Source of the DNA: Eledone cirrhosa
Lineage: Eukaryota
NCBI GenBank assembly: GCA_964016885.1
Contig: OZ024746.1
Span: 63,612,001 to 63,676,000, forward strand
Direction of reading: 5' to 3'
DNA length: 64,000 nucleotides
Part shown: positions 27,201 through 38,000 of the stretch, piece after piece
Numbering within the stretch: position 1 is the stretch's first letter
How the letters are laid out: each line of letters opens with the position of its first letter
The notes under the pieces: model-generated
What the model was told of the DNA's origin: nothing
The model's database searches: none
Seen by the model: only the letters and a program-made list of their open reading frames with translations
Translations under genes and position numbers: made by a program

Positions 27201-27900
27201 TGTTGGTACCACAACATACAGTCCGAAACAAATGAGGTCGTGTGTCACGACAAAAAAAAAAACACAGTCCACGCTGTAATGTGGCTGTGTAGGTAACACG
27301 GTAAAAACCTCCCAGTCTACACTGTAAACGTGGTTGGTGTTAGGAAGGGCATCCAGCCGTAGAAAACCCGCCAGACAGTCCTATACGAGCAGGACAACAA
27401 ATCTTGCCTCAAGTGGGAAAACTCTCGTCCAAACCCATGCAAGTGTGGAAGATGGACGTTAAACGATGATGATTTATTTTGAGAACAATACATTAATGTC
27501 AGTATGAGGGCCCAGTTGGGGCGGTTTGAACAGAAAGGTTGGAGAATTCTGGCCAGATATAGCTGGTTTAAATGCTAAAAGTTTAATGAGCAAATTCTAA
27601 GCTCTCGTATGAAATATAATCTATGGATTTATATATCTGTTAGGGAGGAGAGAAGAAATATTCAATGCGTTTATTAAAGCTAGTGAATCAAAAGTAATTT
27701 AATAATCAAAACTGATATTAAATTTTTTCTTTGCAGGTTGTGTACCTCTTGCCAATGTTGGAGACTTCGGTGGATATTACTGTCCCTGCCATGGTTCCCA
27801 TTATGATGCCTCTGGTAGAATCCGTAAAGGACCGGCACCATTGAATCTTGAAGTTCCACCATATATATTCAAAGATGAATCTACTTTAGTTGTTGGTTAA
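18074..27900 (+). CDS. UQCRFS1: Cytochrome b-c1 complex Rieske iron-sulfur subunit, complete spliced CDS join(18074..18272,21550..21693,23444..23746,27737..27900), 269 aa
   Basis: Four exons joined by GT-AG phase-1 introns give an open 810-nt frame: mitochondrial presequence, RFAHTD, TM helix, [19 protein letters not shown], and the Rieske boxes CTHLGC and [23 protein letters not shown]. Confidence 0.98.
18676..18957. repeat. Fold-back (long inverted-repeat) element in UQCRFS1 intron 1
   Basis: Imperfect arms of about 115 bp (GGTAAATTTACAGA...GTGTTTTCAACGAATCTAACC) around a short spacer; TTAA at both ends. Confidence 0.85.
19866..20045 (+). mobile_element. Young SINE-A copy with a 17-bp target-site duplication
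   Basis: TSD ATTATTTGAGGGTAATG at 19849-19865 and 20046-20062. Confidence 0.92.
21550..21693 (+). CDS. UQCRFS1: UQCRFS1 coding exon 2
   Basis: Acceptor tttccag|; [21 protein letters not shown]...[10 protein letters not shown]; donor G|gtaagt. Confidence 0.96.
22478..22855 (-). mobile_element. Short 5'-truncated copy of the second RTE subfamily in UQCRFS1 intron 2
   Basis: Near-identical to 33898-34275. Confidence 0.92.
23444..23746 (+). CDS. UQCRFS1: UQCRFS1 coding exon 3
   Basis: Acceptor ctctag|; [10 protein letters not shown]...[15 protein letters not shown]...IGVCTHL; donor G|gtaatg. Confidence 0.98.
24705..27582 (-). mobile_element. MITE1 copy split in two by the RTE LINE (24705-24810 and 27472-27582)
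   Basis: The two halves rejoin into the intact sequence seen at 58600-58796. Confidence 0.85.
24811..27473 (+). mobile_element. RTE-clade LINE, 5'-truncated and disrupted, in UQCRFS1 intron 3
   Basis: End of the APE endonuclease (EECTSQHRL); RT motifs [32 protein letters not shown]; a C4HC3 PHD finger; RRLRWYGHV and GRPRKTW; 3' UTR ending in (GAT)n. One in-frame stop, a frameshift and a deletion. Confidence 0.95.
27737..27900 (+). CDS. UQCRFS1: UQCRFS1 coding exon 4 (terminal)
   Basis: Acceptor ttgcag|; [57 protein letters not shown]. Not in the ORF track. Confidence 0.98.
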
Positions 27901-28017
27901 TGTAGATTCAATTTAGCTATTTCTAAAAAAAACAATCAACAACAACAAAAAATGCGCAGTTTACAATTTGATGTTATTCATCTGAGATCTGCCAACTTAG
28001 ACTGTTAAATATATAAA

Positions 28018-28031
28018 AATAAATAAATAAA
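28018..28031 (+). terminator. Probable UQCRFS1 polyadenylation signal (overlapping AATAAA hexamers)
   Basis: AATAAATAAATAAA about 120 nt after the stop codon, followed by a T-rich tract. Confidence 0.7.
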
Positions 28032-28068
28032 AAGCGATTTTTTTCTTTATTTTTTATTGAAGTTTGAA

Positions 28069-28232
28069 CCCTTTAGCATTTTTACTATTATATTTTCACA
28101 GTAAAGGCTTTACCTCACAATATCGAATCTGAGATTTGAGAACAATACCTTAACCTCAGTATGAGTAGCAGGTTTGAACAGAGAGAGGTGAGAGAATTCT
28201 GGCCAGATATTGCTGGTTTAAATGCTAAAGGG
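28069..28232 (-). mobile_element. MITE1 copy just past the UQCRFS1 poly(A) signal
   Basis: CCCTTTAGCATTT...AAATGCTAAAGGG terminal inverted repeats. Confidence 0.85.
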
Positions 28233-28834
28233 TTGAATTTCAGTTCAATTAAAACCCCTCCTTTAAATTATTGTAGCTATAGAGTACATCCAGCTAAAGG
28301 GACGGTTGGGTCAGGGACATGACAACCTCTCTAGTGTTGGTGATCTACATGATAAATGCACCCAGTATACACTGTAAAGTGTTTGATAATAGGAAGGGCA
28401 TCTAGCCATAGAAAACTTGTTAAAGAGAGGTCTGGGAGGCCCCATGATAGTCAACTTTGTTTTTCATATTACCAGTCTAATACTGAGGTGTTTCTCCTTC
28501 TCTGGAAGAAATAGGCTGTTTTCAGAACTGGAGAGATGCTGGGCTCTGCCAAGCTTAAAATAATGCCTCTCAAAACGCTGTATGTTGACCCTACAACTCC
28601 ACAAGGAATTATGGATTCATACATACAATTGATAGATATCATTTTCCAGTTATTTTTGTTTGTGTGTTGCACATATTGCGGTGGTTTAGGGTTCAAAGAG
28701 GTAAACATGTTAACACATAATATCAATGTAGTGCTTGCATGAGACTAATATTATTTAGCCTCAGTTAGAAACACCTTTCAAAATAAAGTGTGTTGTGAAG
28801 ATATAAAATAAGAACCAGTTATATTTTACAGTAT

Positions 28835-28840
28835 TTTATT
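28835..28840 (-). terminator. Probable CTNNBL1 polyadenylation signal AATAAA
   Basis: First AATAAA on the minus strand, about 90 nt after the stop codon. Confidence 0.55.
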
Positions 28841-28926
28841 TTACAGAGTTATTCCAAATATAGATGGAGATGAGGTAAGACATCAATGATATAAAAGATG
28901 AGATGAACATCAATGAAAAACTTAAA

Positions 28927-29015
28927 TTAAAATTTGTCCACTAGTTGCAGTATTCGGCTTTGTTCAGCTTCTTTACTCTCAGCATCTTTGGCAGTACCTA
29001 TATTTCCAGCATATT
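28927..29015 (-). CDS. CTNNBL1: CTNNBL1 exon 16, terminal (EYAGNIGTAKDAESKEAEQSRILQLVDKF*)
   Basis: cag| acceptor; TAA stop at 28929-28927. Confidence 0.95.
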
Positions 29016-32000
29016 CTGAAGGAATAAAATATGTATATTTAGAAATTTGAAAACAAACACACATGCATAGTTATTGTAGAATTCACTAGAGTGACAAAAT
29101 TTACCTCTCATAATGTTGCGAATAGTTTTCAAAGAGCCTCCTCTCATGTTTAGAATCTGCATTACTCTCTGTTTTACCTGTTTTAAATAAAATATTTCTT
29201 TTTATAAAATCAGACATAATAATAATAATAAAAAGGAAAAAAGTTTTTCATGGTATTAAATACTGATTGGTACAATAAAAGGAGAAATTTCTATATTTGC
29301 TAGTTGTGACTGGTAGATAGTATTACCAATGGAAACATTGTTTCCTAGGTCCTATTTGATGAGTCCCACCCCACTGGTAAGTGAATGAAGCCTGGGATCT
29401 TGTTGATCAAACTCTTATTATTATATTATCAGAGTTGAAACTAATCAGATTATAAGGAGGATATATTAATATCTTGTATCACATTAGACTTTACATTGAT
29501 CACTTGTTCAAATTTCTATGGTCTCTGCTGATGTCAAGCGGACTAGTTTCAAATGTAGACAGTTTTTAAAAGATCTAAGTTCAAGTCAGTTAAGACTCCC
29601 AAGTAAATGCTGATGTAATTAGAAGTGTAACCCACACTACAGTCTCCAGTCAATATATGTTCATCTACTGACTGAATCATCATTTTTAGGTCAACTTTTC
29701 CATGATGACATGGGTTGGATGGGGTTTTCTGAAGCTGGATGCCCTTCTTGACACTAACCTTTTTAGTCACTTCTTATAACACACACACAATACGGTGTAG
29801 CTAATCTAAATCAGATGATAGACATGGCCATCTATTGAGATAGTACAGCACTAGTGATATAAAATAAACTGTCAACATACTGAGATTTATGGAAATATGG
29901 TTACATCTTGATTTAAAGCAAGTATATAGGTCTTTTACTTGTTGAGTTCTGATTTCTTTTATAACTTAGTCAGGAGGAAGCTATCCTCAAATCACAGACC
30001 TGATCTGAATATTTGCAACAAAGCAGACTTCATTAAAGGTACTCATCGTAATGACAACAATTTAGAAGGCTTATGGTATAGCAACTACCGACTGCTCAGA
30101 CGGGCTGGAGGCCTACATACATACATTCCAATGCTCTACTGGGTGCATTTTATCATAGCACCAGCACTAGGGAGGTTGTCATTGTTCAACACAGCTGAAG
30201 AGTCTTCTTGATCCTCTGTTTGCTATTCCTATCCCTAACCATTTTACAGAGTGTACTTGGTGCATTTACTGAAGAGATCACCAACATATTTTACCCTGCT
30301 TAATTTGGAAAAATGTTCAATATTCTTCATTGCAAATTAACAATTATGTTGACGATGAAACAACTGAAAACTTACAGAAGATGCACCACTTGCACAAATT
30401 TCCAACATAATGCAATCCAACAACTGAAGTGTGAACAAGCCTGCTTCAAGTCGGCGCAAATAGAATTGGTCTTCGTGATCTTCATCTAATTCTTCATTCA
30501 TTTCCATTATTCTCTGTAAAAATAAACATTACATTGATATTCCATATAACAAAGGTTTGTCTATAACTTTATTACACCACAAATTAACATTACATCATTT
30601 TGTTGTTTTTACAACATTCAGTTCCTTTCTATGGTGAAACTAAGAATATATGAAACACTTCTACTATTGAATATGATGTCAATTTACTTAATATACACTT
30701 AGTCCACCTTGTATGGTGATAAAAGCACAAGGTGGTCGAGCTGGTGTCACGATAGAGGAATCCAGTCAACACTGTGTAGTGGTTGTGCTGGTGACACGAC
30801 AAGATGAATCCAGTCCACCCTGTTCCACTTGTTGCGCTGGTGACACAATAAGTGGAACCCAGTCCACCCTGTACAATGGTTGTGCTAATGGCATAACAAC
30901 CCTCAGTTAACCGTCTAAGCCATGCAAGCACGGAAAATAGGTGTTAAATGATGATGATCATGCATTGTTGTTTGCCATGAATTTATTCATCTAGTTTAAT
31001 ATAAATAAATTTATGAAATTTGGAGAGAGAGAGACTAAAACTAAGAATGTATGATTAATGATAAATTTGTTTGTGAACATTTACCATTCATCTTACATTT
31101 TTTCAGAAAAAGTAGTAATAATAATAATAATAATTGTTTCTACTTTTGGCACAAGGCCAGCAATTATCCCAGTGTATTACTGGTACTTTATTTTATCGAC
31201 CCCATAAGGATGAAAGGCAAAGTTAACCTCGGCAGAATTTGAACTCAGATCACAAAGGGACGTAACTCTATGCTTCAAAGTATGGTGTCCGACTCTCTAC
31301 CGATACTGCCAATTAATAATAATGCATGTCTCTTAATCTTGGATAGCTACCACCACCACCACCACCAGAGCCTTATGTTGTGAATGGAACTTCCTGGTTG
31401 GAAACTGTATAGAGGCTGAGCTTATATATATATCGATGGAAACCGTGGAGTGGGGAGACCCAAGATGACCTGGGATGAGGTGATAAAAGTCGACCTTACC
31501 CAATTACACCTCTCAAAGGCGATGACACACGACCGTGACCTCTGGCGTCACGCAGTAATACAGAGTACCCGATCTCCCATGGGGTACAAGCTGAAGCATA
31601 TAGACAATATGCCCCCACACCCTCCACTGCAAGGTGGTCGTGGAGGTGCCACGGCAAAAAAGCACCCAGCCCACACTGTAAAGTGGACGTGTAGGCGCCA
31701 CAAAAAAGCACCCAGCACTCACTGTTAATGAGGTTGGTGTTAGGAAGGGCATCCAGCTGTAGAAATCAAGCCAAATCAGTTCCTGTATGAGCAAGGCATG
31801 GTCAGCCGACCAGACACTGCCCACAACAGGACAACCCGTCTAACCCATGCTAGCGTGGAAGAACAGACGTAAAACGGTGATGATGATGATGATGATATAC
31901 ATGTAGGTGTGTATATGTGTGCATGCATCTTTTACCAATGTATATCAGCAAAGAATATAAACCTTACCAAGAAAACTGAGAAAAGAAAATCAGTCTCTAG

Positions 32001-35000
32001 TCTCTTAAGATATTTGTCCTACACTGGGTGACAGATACTCCCTTTTCAGAAATTATATAAAATATAATAAATACAATATTTATTCTAAAATTTGAAGAAA
32101 TACATTCAGTAAGAGATATAAGATAATATATATCATTGTATGTGTGTCATCATCATCATCATCATTTCATTTTACGTCCGCTTTTCCCTGCTTGCAAGGG
32201 TGGGACGGGAACTGATTCTGGCTGATTTCTACAGCTGGATGCCCTTCCTAACACCAACCTCATTTACAGTGAGTGCTGGGTGCTTTTTTGCCGTGGCACC
32301 TCCACGACCACTTTGCAGTGGAATGATAGGGACCCCAGTCCCTATCATCTCATTTCTACAGCTGAGTAAACTGGAGCAATGTGAAATAAAGTGTCTTGCT
32401 CAAGGAAACAACACATCACCCGGTCTGAGAATTGAACTCACAACCTTTCGATTGCAAGGCCAATGCTCTAACCACTAAGCCTGTGTGTATATATACGATG
32501 ATGATGATGATATATATTTAGCAAGAGCATATTTTTTCCTTATATAAATGTGAGCGGCATAGAAATGACTTACATGTTTTTCTTTCTCAATTTGATCATC
32601 AACACGATGTACCTTTTCCAGATATTTGAAATGTAATTCCAATAATCGTTCAACCTGAAAAGATAAAAAAATATCTATGAATTTATATGCAACCAACATT
32701 TTGTCAGGTAGTACAGGTAACTGTCAATTTCTGCACTTTTTAAAATGTTGGATCAATGTCTTTTATTTTCTTTAAAATTTGTAGCCTTTGACTTTTGTAA
32801 GAAATAATTATTATTATGCATCCCATCAAGGATGTCTTTGATTTTCATCCTTCTAAAGTTGATAAATGAAAGTCCTAGTCAATTTATTAATTAAAAGTCT
32901 GTCTCAAGCTCATCAGACAAATCCTAGTTTCATTGGCATTAAGCAACTGATATTACAAGACTTCCTCCTGGACAGGATGCTAGTCAATAACAGAATTAAC
33001 TTCCAGCTACTGCTGGTAGTTATTTTCAGTTGAGTAATGTGAAATGAAGTGATTCACTCAAGAATACAATGCATAACATGGTCCAAGAATCGAACCCATG
33101 AAATTATGATCATTAGTTCAACACCCTAACCACTAAGCCACACACCTTCACAGTCAAGTAATTGTGCCTGAGTTAACAAAGTATATCATCTCACTTTTTT
33201 TTTGTTTTATCTTGTGCCTGTTATTAGTGTATATTTTATAAGTCAGAATGTGAAGAAATTTGTGCAGATGAAAGGTATCAATGGCCTAAACCTAATAACA
33301 CTCTATATCCCCACACAAAAAAAAGAAAAACGCACACTTTACCTTTTCATGATCATTTTCAGTAAATTTATTTAGCAGCCTCTGCCTCTGGGTACCTTGA
33401 CAGTTCCTCAACAGGTTACAGATGATTGATGTAATGTGTTCTACAGAATAGTAATATAGTTAAAAAAGGTTGAAGGAGCAAAAAAATGTTGAATATTTTA
33501 ATTAACACAGCACTATTGAGAAAAGGGATACAAAAGAAAGGTACAATATAATTTATAATTCTATGGGTTTATTAGGGTTTAATCAGATGAGAAAGGGTAA
33601 AACCTGTAAACATTTGCAGGGTCTCTGAAAATTATGATGGAAAAACCTTGACTATGGTTACCCTCAGATCAGAGACCTCTGGATGTTTGCAACAGAGTGA
33701 ACTCTGCTAAAGGCAGACAAGGACTACATGGTGATGAATTTAGTCTTCTACCCACAAAAATAGAGTTTCTAATTAGCAGTATTAAACAATCTGTTTTCTA
33801 GAAAGTTTACCTGCTAATGTAAATTCTTTAACCCTTTTGATACCAAATCACCCGAAACACTGGATCTATGATACAAAGCTGCCCATTTAAAAATGTTTCA
33901 TCATCATCATCATCATCACCGTTTTACGTCCGTTCTTCCACGCTAGCATGGGTTAGACGGGTTGTCCTGTTGTGGGCAGTGTCTGGTCGGCTGACCATGC
34001 CTTGCTCATACAGGAACTGATTTGGCTTGATTTCTACAGCTGGATGCCCTTCCTAACACCAATCTCATTTACAGTGAGTGCTGGGTGCTTTTTTGTGGCG
34101 CCTACACGTCCACTTTACAGTGTGGGCTGGGTGCTTTTTTGCCGTGGCACCTCCACGACCACCTTGCGGTGGGGTGTGTGGGGGCATATTGTCTATATGC
34201 TTCAGCTTGTACCCATGGGAGGTCGGGTACTCTGTATTACTGCGTGATGCCAGAGGTCACGGTCGTGTGTCATTGCCTTTGAGAGGTGTAATTGGGTAAG
34301 GTCGGCTTTTATCACCTCATCCCAGGTCATCTTGGGTCTTCCCACTCCGCGGTTTCCATCAACTTCTAGTGCTCTGCACCTTTTTATGCAGCTGTCATCC
34401 TTCATACGCATCACATGTCCATACCAGCGCAACCGCCTCTCCTGCACACAGCATTTGATTCCTCTTATGCTCAGTCTCTCTCTCAATTCATTTATGCTTT
34501 GTCGTTAACGTATATTACTGTTACACATCCATCGGAGCATGCAGGCTTCGTTTCTCTCTAATCTACGTAAGTCTTCCACCTTCAGCGCCCAGGTCTCAGC
34601 AACATTGCTGTTCAGATACACGCATCATACAGTCTGCCTTTCATTCTGAGGGAGAAGCCTTTTGCAGCTAGCAGTGGTAGTAGTTCCCTAAACTTCTTCC
34701 ATCCCGTTCTTACCCTAGTTATTGTACTTTCTGAACACCCACCTCCGCTGCTAATTCGGTCACCTAGGTAGCAGAAGCTGTCTACTGTCTCTACAGAGCC
34801 CTCCCAGAGATTGGCGGTACTTGTTTCCTGTGGCTGTTTGCTGCTTGCTGTCCCAGCACAGCTGCTGCATGTGAAGCCTACATTCTTAATTAAGCTTCCT
34901 GAGATCTCGCTACATCTCTTGTGTACCCATTGTTTGCATTTGGGGCAGAGAATGGAGTTCCTACCTATACCTTTCCTACATACTGAGCAAGGCCATTTCC

Positions 35001-38000
35001 CTGAGGGGATCTGGGTTCTGTTTTCTCGTCTACTTACAAGGACCTTAGTCTTTGTCATGTTGACTTTGAGACCCTTTCTTTCTAGTCCCTGCTTCCAAGT
35101 TTGGAATTTATTCTCTAGTTCTACCATAGATTCAGCTATGAGTGCAAGGTCATCAGCATACAAGAGTTCCCATGGGCATCCGGTCTTAAACTCCTCCGTT
35201 ATTGCCTGCAGGACTATGATGAACAGGAGGGGGCTAAGAACAGAGCCCTGGTGGACCCCAACCTGTACGTTAAATTCCTCGCTATACTCATTGCTAATCC
35301 TAACTTTGCTGACTGCTCCCCTATACATGGCTTGTAGCGCTTTCACAAGCCATTCATCTACTCCTAGTTTTCTAAGAGCCCACCAGATTACATTATACCA
35401 GTTTATCTTATATTAAAATCTTCCATCATAATTTTATTAAAAAAATTATTGTTAAGTAATATTCTGAATAACAGTTTACTATTGAAAAACTTCTTTTATT
35501 AAATTCCTGCAAATCTTTTGTTCTTTTCAAAATAAATTAATGAAAAAAAAAAAAAACCCCCAACAAACAGCCTTTTAGAAAATGTGGTTAAAACTTAAAT
35601 TTTAGAGACAATATCACTTTACCTTCTAATTCTTCCATAATCGGTCCAGCTTTGCTCTGTTTAGGTGTCTTCATGAAGAGTGGAAATATTGTCCGAAGAC
35701 CCAAAATATCAATAAATTTTTGACAATTATCTGCTCCTTCTGCTCCTGTCATGGAATGGTTCAAAACCTTAATAGCACTGTTGCGAGACATTCTTTTCTC
35801 CCTAGAACAAACAAATTTTACCAAATATTTCTACACCAATAATACAATTTACAACTAATAACAAAATAAAACACTATACAATAATAAAAACTTTTTTAGG
35901 AACAAACTTTCCTAGTTTGATTATTTTAAACTAAAGTTTTCCAACACCTCAATCACTTGTTCACTGCATTTCCTGTAGCTAAAGTTACTGTACTTTGTTG
36001 GTGAACAAATACTACACAGTATTTCAGTTTGAATGTGCTGGTTTACTAGTTCTTCTGCATATATATATATGAAAGATATATACATTGATGCAGGCCCACC
36101 TTGTAAAGTGGTTGACATTAGGAAAAGCATCCAGCCATTGAAGCTAAGCCATGAGCAGAGAGTAAGAGCAAGACATGGTCATCTGACCAGTCTAGCCATG
36201 GTATGTGACAGCCCATCTAATTAATGTAAGCACAAGTGTTAGTGATGATAATGATGTACTCATTAACAACCCTCCAAGGGTTTTTTTGTTGTCTTATATC
36301 ACAGGTAATCTATATGCTAAAGATCCCCCTAAGTCACAAATGACCATGGGTTTTGCACCTAGAAAGTTCTCTTGGGCAGAAACCCTGGCAAGGTGTTTTT
36401 GTGGAAAACCAGTTATCACCCATGCATACATGTCTCCTCTCTCCATGAAATCAATGTTATCCAACAGAAAGACAAAGGCCAATACAACTTGACACAACTC
36501 ATTTTTCCCCAGCTGAATGAACTGGAGCAATGTGAAATAAAGTGTCTTACTGAAGGACAATGTACCACTCAGTCCAAGAATCAAACTCATAACCTCATGA
36601 TTGTGAATCTAACCATTTAACATCTGCTTTCTTTGCTAGTTAGGGTTGTTCACTGAAATATAGTTTTATTGATGAAAGGTAAAGTTGACTATGGCAGGAT
36701 CTGAACTCAGAGTGCAGAGAGGTGAAAAGAACACTGCAAAGCATTCTATCTGACATTCTAACGACTCTGCCAATATGCCGGCTAGGTCACAATTTACAGT
36801 ATGATGAAAAGAGTCTTGAAAAGAGTTTTGACAAAATATAACAACAGTTAGTCAAACCTGAGCATAAGATTCATCAATTGTAGACCTTCCCCTTTCAGAA
36901 ATTTAGCACGATTACAGGGCAACATCAAAGCAGAGCACAAACAATTGAACAAGTTCTCCATCAGCTCAATTTCATCTCTATTGACAGGATCGTGTCTTTT
37001 ATAAGACTATAAAAACAAATAAAATATATAAAGAAAATAAAATCAATTAAAAATGAAGGTAAAACAAAATCAAGTTTTCACATGTTTTGCAGACTAACTT
37101 TGATTTTTTAAAAATTAGATGTGTCTGGAGGAAAGGGATGTGTTTATCGTCTTCATAAGTACTCTGAAGCTAAACTCTTGTTATTGGAAATGTTTATTTT
37201 AAATTGATTTATGTATATTTATAAAAAGCTTTTCATGAAATTCTTGGCAAATACTGCATAATATAAGCCAGAAAAGGTTCTGTATGAGCATAGCACAGTT
37301 ATCTGATCTGACTTGTCTCACAATGTGATAATCCATCTAACCTATGTTAGCATGGAAAAATGGATGTTAAACGATGAAGATGACGAGGTTCATTACATTA
37401 TGTTTGGTTTAACCCTTTTGATACTGAACTGTCAGAAAACACCCAGGATTTATGATTAAAAACTGTTTATACTAATATTAAATCTTTCCATCACAATTAT
37501 ATTTAAGAATTTTTTGTGATATTTATCAGTTTACTTATGAAAGAGTGAGTTATTTTATTAAATTCATCAAAATATTTGATTATTTTCAAAATTAATTGAG
37601 ACACATAAGCAATGTATTTCATCAGAAATAAAGTAACAAAAGATTTAAACAGTTATACAATTTATATTCCAACCTCAAATGTACTTTCAAGTAAAATAAA
37701 TCTTGATTCTGGAAATAAAACTCAAATTTCTAAATATAATTGTGAACATTTCAAGTGACCAACAGCTTCATCTTTGTGATGAAGGTGGATGAATCAACAG
37801 CGAATGAATCAGTAGCCAGCTTGTGAGTAATGGTCGGATAAGGCTTCAGGTCCCATCAACATCATACTTTTCCCAATGAAAATCATATGAAGGCGCATGG
37901 CTTAGTGGTTAGAGCATTGGCCTTGCAATCGAAAGGTTGTGAGTTCAATCCTCGGACCGGGTGATGTGTTGTTTCCTTGAGCAAGACACTTTATTTCACA

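Noticed and set aside
37892-37970. tRNA gene-like sequence (A/B boxes, TGC/GCA-containing loop)
   Set aside because: No proper acceptor stem; continues directly into the CORE domain, so it is a SINE head.
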